Of a stretch of 64,000 nt of DNA, positions 60,220 through 64,000 are shown one piece after another. Source of the DNA: Takakia lepidozioides (taxonomy: Eukaryota; Plantae; Bryophyta); assembly GCA_030704615.1 (NCBI GenBank), contig CM060732.1:42098001-42162000 (forward strand), written 5' to 3'. The translations under genes were made by a program, and so were the position numbers. Under the pieces are notes generated by a model, which was given only the letters and a program-made list of their open reading frames with translations, made no database searches and had not been told where the DNA came from. The first letter of the stretch is position 1, and each line of letters begins with the position of its first letter.

Positions 60220-63200
60220 TCACCAGTAGTCCCCACAAGAACAAACCCCATCTTCAAAGTGGTGAAAGCAATTTGTGTCCCGTACAACAATTGCTCGGCC
60301 AACAACCTTTGAGATGAACTTGATGTAGGTGTGGCAGTCACCACACACCTGGAGATTCTTGATGAGACGGAGAGGCGTCCTAGGGGCAGTGCTGATCAGC
60401 CCAAAACCAATGGCCAGCTTCTCACTGTGGTGGCAAAGAGAAAACTCCTTTTGCTCCTCCCCCACATCATGCAATACAAAGCGCGTGTCATGCACATACC
60501 CTGCCTCCTCCATCTGCCCAGACAATCTTCTCAGCTCAGCATGGATTTCCTTCATTTTGGGATGCAATTTGTCATCTACAACAAAGGTGTGCAACCTGTC
60601 ACCAACCTCAATGCAGCAGCGACCTGGCACCTTTCGAGCCTCTCTGACCTTCATCATTTTACTAACCTTTGCACTATCATCCCACCTGCCAGCTGCGGCA
60701 TAGATGGTTGATAGCAACACATAAGTCGCGGCGTCCTGTTCATCCCACTTGAGAATAGATGTTGCCGCACGTTCAGCCATCCCCACATCGCCATGGATTC
60801 TGCAGGCACCCAGCAAGGCCTTCCACACCACAGCATCCGGTTTGATTGGCATTTTATTAATGAGGTCCTCAGCCTCATCCAATCGCCCAGCACGTCCAAG
60901 AAGGTCCACCATGCAGCCAAAGTGCTTGACTGTTGGAATGACACCATGATCTTGACTCAGGGAATGAAAGTAGCGTCTTCCTTCATCCAGTAGGCCAACG
61001 TGGCTGCATGCAGAGAGAACACATGTAAAGGTGATACTGTCCGGCTTCAAGCCTTCCTTCTGCATTCCTTCAAATAGTTGCAGGACTTCCCTATGACAAC
61101 CATGCTGGGCATATCCTGCGAACATCCCATTCCAGGACACCAGATCTCGTTCGGGCATACTGTTGAACACTTCCTTTGCATCCTGGATGCACCCACATTT
61201 CGCATACATGTCCATAAGGGTATTGTTCAGAATGACATCTGGTACAATTCCAGCTTTGATGATGTCACCATGGACCTCTTTGCCCTTCTCCAGGGCCGCC
61301 AGGTTCGCACACGCATTGCAAACGCAAACAAACGTGATGTGGTTGGGCTTCAGCCCTTCCCGCATCATTTGCTCATACGTCTCCAAAGCCTCCATCCCGC
61401 CCCCCTGCTGTGCATAACCAGCGATCAACGTGTTCCATGACACCACATCTCGATCAACCATACGGTTGAACACTCGCTTTGCATCCTCAAAGCACCCACA
61501 TTTGGCATACATGTCCACAAGGGTATTGTTCAGAATGACATCTGGCACAATTCCAGCTTTGACGATGTCACCATGGACCTCTTTGCCCTTTTCCAGGGCT
61601 GCCAGTCTTGCACAGGCATTGCAAACGCAAGCAAATGTGATGTGGTTGGGCTTCACCCCTTCCCGCATCATTTGCTCATAGGTCTCCAAAGCCTCCATCA
61701 CGCGCCCCTGCTGTGCATATCCTGTGATCATCCTGTTCCAGGACACCACATCTCGTTCAGCCATCTTGTCGAACACTCCCTTTGCATCCTCAATGCTCCC
61801 GCATTTCGCATACATATCCACCAGGGCAGTGTTCAGAATGACATCTGGTACAATTCCAGCTTTGAAGATGCAACCATGGACCTCTTTGCCCTTCTCCAGG
61901 GCTGCCAGGCTCGCACATGCATTGCAAACGCAAACAAACGTGATGTGGTCAGGTTTCACCCCTTCCCACATCATTTGCTCATAGGTCTCCAAAGCCTCCA
62001 ATCCGCGCCCCTGCTGTGCATGTCCTGCGATCATCACGTTCCACGACACCTCATTTCGCTCAGCCATATTGTTGAACACTCCCTTTGCATCTTCAATGCT
62101 CCCACATTTGGCATACATGTCCACGAGGGTATTGTTCAGAATGACATCCGGTACAATTCCAGCTTTGACGATGTCACCATGGATCTCTTTGCCCTTATCC
62201 AGGGCTCCCAGGCTTGCACACGCATTGCAAATGCAAACAAACATGACGTGGTCAGGCTTCACCCCTTCTCGCATCATTTGCTCATAGGTCTCCAAAGCCT
62301 CTATCCCGTGCCCCTGCTGTGCATATCCTGCGATCATCGCGCACCACGACACCACATCTCGTTCAGCCACATTGTCAAACACTACCTTTGCATCTTCAAT
62401 GCTCCCGCATTTGGCATACATGTCCACCAGGGCAGTGTTCAGAATGACATCGGGAACAATTCCAGCTTTCACGATGTCACCATGGACCTCTTTGCCCCTT
62501 TCCAGGGCCGCCAGGCTTGCACATGCATTGCAAACGCAAACAAACGTGGCGTGGTTGGGTTTCACCCCTTCCCACATCATTTGCTCATAGGTCTCCAAAG
62601 CCTCCATCCCACACCCCTGCTGTGCATATCCTGCGATCATTGCATTCCATGACATCACATCTCGTTCAGCCATGTGGTCAAACAATCCCTTTGCATCCTT
62701 GATGTTTCCACATTTGACATACATGTTCAATAGAGCAGTGTTCAGAGAAACATCTGGTACAATTCCAGCTTTGAGGATGTCACCGTGAACCTCTTTGCCC
62801 TTTTCCATGGCTGCCAGGCTCGCACACACATTGCAAACGGAAACAAACACGATGATGTCGGGCTTCACCCCTTCCCGCATCATTTGCTCATACGTCTCCA
62901 AAGCCTCCATCCCGTCCCCCTGCTGTGCATATGCTGTGATCATTGCACTCCAGGACACCACATTTCGTTTAGCCATATTGGCAAACACTCCCTTTGCATC
63001 GTCAATGCTCCCACATTTCGCATACATGTCCACCATTGCAGTGTTCAGAATGACACCTGGTACAATCCCAGCTTTGATGATGTCAGCATGGACCTCTTTA
63101 CCCTTTTTCAGGGCTTCCAGGCTTGCACATGCATTGCAAACACAAACAAACGTGATGTGGTTGGGCTTCACCCCTTCCCGCATCATTTGCTCATAGGTCT

Positions 63201-64000
63201 CCAAAGCCTCCATCGCACGCCCCTGCTTTGCATACCCTGCGATCATCGTGTTCCATGACACCACATCTCGTGCAGCTATACTGTCAAACACTCGCTTTGC
63301 ATCCTCAATGCACCCACATTTGGCATACATGTCGACGAGGGTATTGTTCAGAATGACATCTGGTACAATTCCAGCTTTGACTATGTCACCATGGACCTCT
63401 TTGCCCTTTTGCAGGGCTGCCAGGCTTGCACATGCATTGCAAACGCAAACGAACGTGACCTGGTCTGGCTTCACCCCCTTCTGCATCATTTGCTCATAGG
63501 TCTCCAAAGCCTCCATCGCGCACCCATGCTGGCTGTATCCTGCGATCATTGCATTCCACGACACCACATTTCGTTGAGCCATAATGTCGAACACTCCCTT
63601 TGCATCCTTGATGCTCCCACATTTGGCATACATGTTCATCAGGGCAGTGTTCAACACGACATCTGGTACAATTCCAGCTTTGATGATGTCACCATGGACC
63701 TCTTTGCCCTTTTCCAGGGCTGCCAGACCCGTACACGCATTGCAAACGCAAACAAACGTAATGTGGTTGGGCTTCACCCCTTCCCGCATCATTTGCTCAT
63801 ATGTCTCCAAAGCATTCCTACCACACCCATGCTTGGTGAATCCTGCAATCATTATATTCCACGTGATCAAACCTCGTTCAGGCATTTTCTTGAACACTTG
63901 GTGTGCATCCACGATGCTCCCGCACTTAATATACATGTTGACAAGGGTATTGTATAGAAAAACGTTTGGCTTGAATCCACTTTGGATAATATGAGTGTGC
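60220..64000 (-). CDS. PLS-class PPR protein with E1/E2/DYW deaminase (organellar C-to-U editing factor); 5' end beyond window
   Basis: Intronless frame open to the window edge. Nine near-identical 101-aa P-L-S triplets, then P2-L2-S2, E domains, PG box (KVPG), HSEKLA, CGDCH and terminal DYW. Confidence 0.97.
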   Translation of the reverse strand, partial: HTHIIQSGFKPNVFLYNTLVNMYIKCGSIVDAHQVFKKMPERGLITWNIMIAGFTKHGCGRNALETYEQMMREGVKPNHITFVCVCNACTGLAALEKGKEVHGDIIKAGIVPDVVLNTALMNMYAKCGSIKDAKGVFDIMAQRNVVSWNAMIAGYSQHGCAMEALETYEQMMQKGVKPDQVTFVCVCNACASLAALQKGKEVHGDIVKAGIVPDVILNNTLVDMYAKCGCIEDAKRVFDSIAARDVVSWNTMIAGYAKQGRAMEALETYEQMMREGVKPNHITFVCVCNACASLEALKKGKEVHADIIKAGIVPGVILNTAMVDMYAKCGSIDDAKGVFANMAKRNVVSWSAMITAYAQQGDGMEALETYEQMMREGVKPDIIVFVSVCNVCASLAAMEKGKEVHGDILKAGIVPDVSLNTALLNMYVKCGNIKDAKGLFDHMAERDVMSWNAMIAGYAQQGCGMEALETYEQMMWEGVKPNHATFVCVCNACASLAALERGKEVHGDIVKAGIVPDVILNTALVDMYAKCGSIEDAKVVFDNVAERDVVSWCAMIAGYAQQGHGIEALETYEQMMREGVKPDHVMFVCICNACASLGALDKGKEIHGDIVKAGIVPDVILNNTLVDMYAKCGSIEDAKGVFNNMAERNEVSWNVMIAGHAQQGRGLEALETYEQMMWEGVKPDHITFVCVCNACASLAALEKGKEVHGCIFKAGIVPDVILNTALVDMYAKCGSIEDAKGVFDKMAERDVVSWNRMITGYAQQGRVMEALETYEQMMREGVKPNHITFACVCNACARLAALEKGKEVHGDIVKAGIVPDVILNNTLVDMYAKCGCFEDAKRVFNRMVDRDVVSWNTLIAGYAQQGGGMEALETYEQMMREGLKPNHITFVCVCNACANLAALEKGKEVHGDIIKAGIVPDVILNNTLMDMYAKCGCIQDAKEVFNSMPERDLVSWNGMFAGYAQHGCHREVLQLFEGMQKEGLKPDSITFTCVLSACSHVGLLDEGRRYFHSLSQDHGVIPTVKHFGCMVDLLGRAGRLDEAEDLINKMPIKPDAVVWKALLGACRIHGDVGMAERAATSILKWDEQDAATYVLLSTIYAAAGRWDDSAKVSKMMKVREARKVPGRCCIEVGDRLHTFVVDDKLHPKMKEIHAELRRLSGQMEEAGYVHDTRFVLHDVGEEQKEFSLCHHSEKLAIGFGLISTAPRTPLRLIKNLQVCGDCHTYIKFISKVVGRAIVVRDTNCFHHFEDGVCSCGDYW

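Noticed and set aside
60329-63994. Many + strand ORFs with 101-aa periodicity
   Set aside because: These are antisense shadows of the repetitive PPR CDS.

Overview
Nuclear genomic DNA of a non-seed land plant, probably a bryophyte (inferred from gene style and the PLS-DYW PPR). The right-hand ~45 kb holds four minus-strand host genes: TFIIH p34/TFB4 (11 exons), a SUO-like BAH-TFIIS protein, a DEAH11/12-like helicase-RBR E3 ligase, and a long PLS-E-DYW PPR editing factor that runs off the right edge. Between them are LINE remnants, several MITEs and a queuine tRNA-ribosyltransferase gene fragment. The left ~18.7 kb is a nested mobile-element block. A Ty3/Gypsy element with a dUTPase-like domain between protease and RT is cut inside RNase H by a CACTA-like terminus at 13387, which is preceded by about 10 palindromic subterminal repeats. 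Left of that terminus lie three FCP1/NIF (HAD phosphatase-like) genes, a protein kinase pseudogene and a Sola-like DDD transposase. The transposase element's 30-bp ends and 4-bp TSD (TTGT) split a PPR gene whose two halves rejoin exactly in frame but now face opposite ways, which implies an inversion. The best candidate for an undescribed system is this large cargo-carrying DNA transposon region with kinase and pseudophosphatase genes. All calls were made by eye from motifs; no database searches were run.
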